Source: Marsupella aquatica | Lineage: Eukaryota; Plantae; Marchantiophyta | Reading direction: 5' to 3' | Assembly (NCBI GenBank): GCA_973895155.1 | Contig: OZ316892.1 | Location: 15,492,861 to 15,556,860 of the forward strand | Length of the DNA stretch: 64,000 nucleotides | In this document: in pieces, positions 62,857-64,000 of the stretch | Layout: every line of letters starts with the position of its first letter | Position numbering within the stretch: position 1 is the first letter of the stretch | Program-made: the position numbers and the translations under genes | The notes under the pieces: model-generated | Databases searched by the model: none | Told to the model about the DNA's origin: nothing | What the model saw: only the letters and a program-made list of their open reading frames with translations

Positions 62857-64000
62857 CTGGTAGACACATTATTCAGCATTTGCTAACTTCAAAACTAGAA
62901 GGGTAACACATTAAACAACAGAGAAACTCACAACATCCTCCTTTGGTCCTTCAGAGTCTGTACTTTGATTATGAAGTTTGACTGAGTTTCTGTTTACTGA
63001 AAGAATGTGACTGTGTAAGAGTTCCGTTTGGCAGTGGATTGGTTGAAGCACTTCATGCTAGTGTGTTGTCTACAGCTCTTCAACCAGCTTTCGTCTTCCT
63101 TGTCTTTCACCACTTACGATGACATCAATTCAGCTAAGACCATAGAAGGTTCCAAAGCATCTAACTTGTAAAATTGCATTCTGTTACATCAAGGACTAAG
63201 GTGTTGGGTGCCAAAGGAGACAACACAACAAACACGCTGAAAAGACTTCAGGACTGGGTTCAACAAGGTAGTGAAGGTGCTTAGAGCCTAGTAAGTATGC
63301 ATTCTGTATCTTTCTCTGTTGATGTGAGCTTGTGCATAATGGGAGTTGTAGTTGGCAAGAGTTCCAAATATGAATAGATCCAGAAGTATGTGATCATGTA
63401 CTTGCTCTATAAAGTTCTGAAGATATAAGCATTTTCTGTTAGACCAGGCAACTTGGGAGTTGGTAAGTGTCACCTGCATCTGAGGGGCTACACCGGGGGC
63501 ATCAGTGGAGGTTCACTTGCACAACACGACAACCAGTGAATTTTCTCTCTGCTGCAACCTGCAAGGTGAGACTTTCGGTCTTTCTGGATGAAAAAACAGG
63601 ATTTTAATACGATTGATATACATGTCCGTCGAGAATATGGGTTTATCACCAAGCTCTTTGTCTTAGGAAACTCATAAACTCAGAATCAAATATGTACTAT
63701 GCACGTTTCATGCTATGTGTATACTATGACCTGTAGTTGGAACCAAGACAATGAGTGAGAACTGATTAGTTTAGGTGGTTGCTGTTGGCGAGGCAAGTCG
63801 ACCTCCTGCTCACCTTGCTCATCAAAGGACGTGAACAGAGGACATCACAACGAAAGCAACACTTATGGTGAGGACCCGCAACGCTGAACATGTGCGACTT
63901 GCACGCAAGGCAGACATGTTGCACCTTGAGTATGTCAGACTTGGGATCCTTCCAGCCCAGTCTGCATGGTACTTTGAGTACCCTGTTGTTTCCAGGAACA

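Larger units (their letters stand above)
59173..64000. mobile_element. CACTA/En-Spm element left end; probably continues beyond the window
   Basis: CACTAGAAGAAAA begins exactly where integrase similarity stops, followed by subterminal GGGAG(A/T)C-type repeats. The right TIR was not seen. Confidence 0.65.

Overview
Eukaryotic plant DNA; the TE families suggest a non-seed land plant such as a bryophyte (inference). There is one intact host gene, a 17-coding-exon CULLIN4 (16140-23806, minus). It lies among nested, mostly decayed transposons: a truncated Ty3/Gypsy element with a tRNA-Asp PBS, a probable Helitron end with a captured polyamine-oxidase fragment, an RPA-like OB-fold ORF, a Harbinger fragment, a TA-flanked MITE, a LINE, a PHD-finger integrase and a CACTA end carrying an RPL18a exon. 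Two things stand out. (1) A 13.4-kb Ty3/Gypsy element (40654-54097) has TG..CA ends, a perfect 5-bp TSD (ATACC), a PBS and a PPT, but its two ~3.9-kb terminal repeats are INVERTED rather than direct, and each carries its own ~880-codon gene. (2) It is inserted into a large Mutator-like element whose GCM-like/MULE/SWIM transposase is paired head-to-head with a gene fusing a ParB-like (DGNHR) domain to an N4C/N6A DNA-methyltransferase-like domain; the non-coding parts of that element carry repeated copies of an 18-bp palindrome. Domain calls come from motif recognition by eye; no database search was run.
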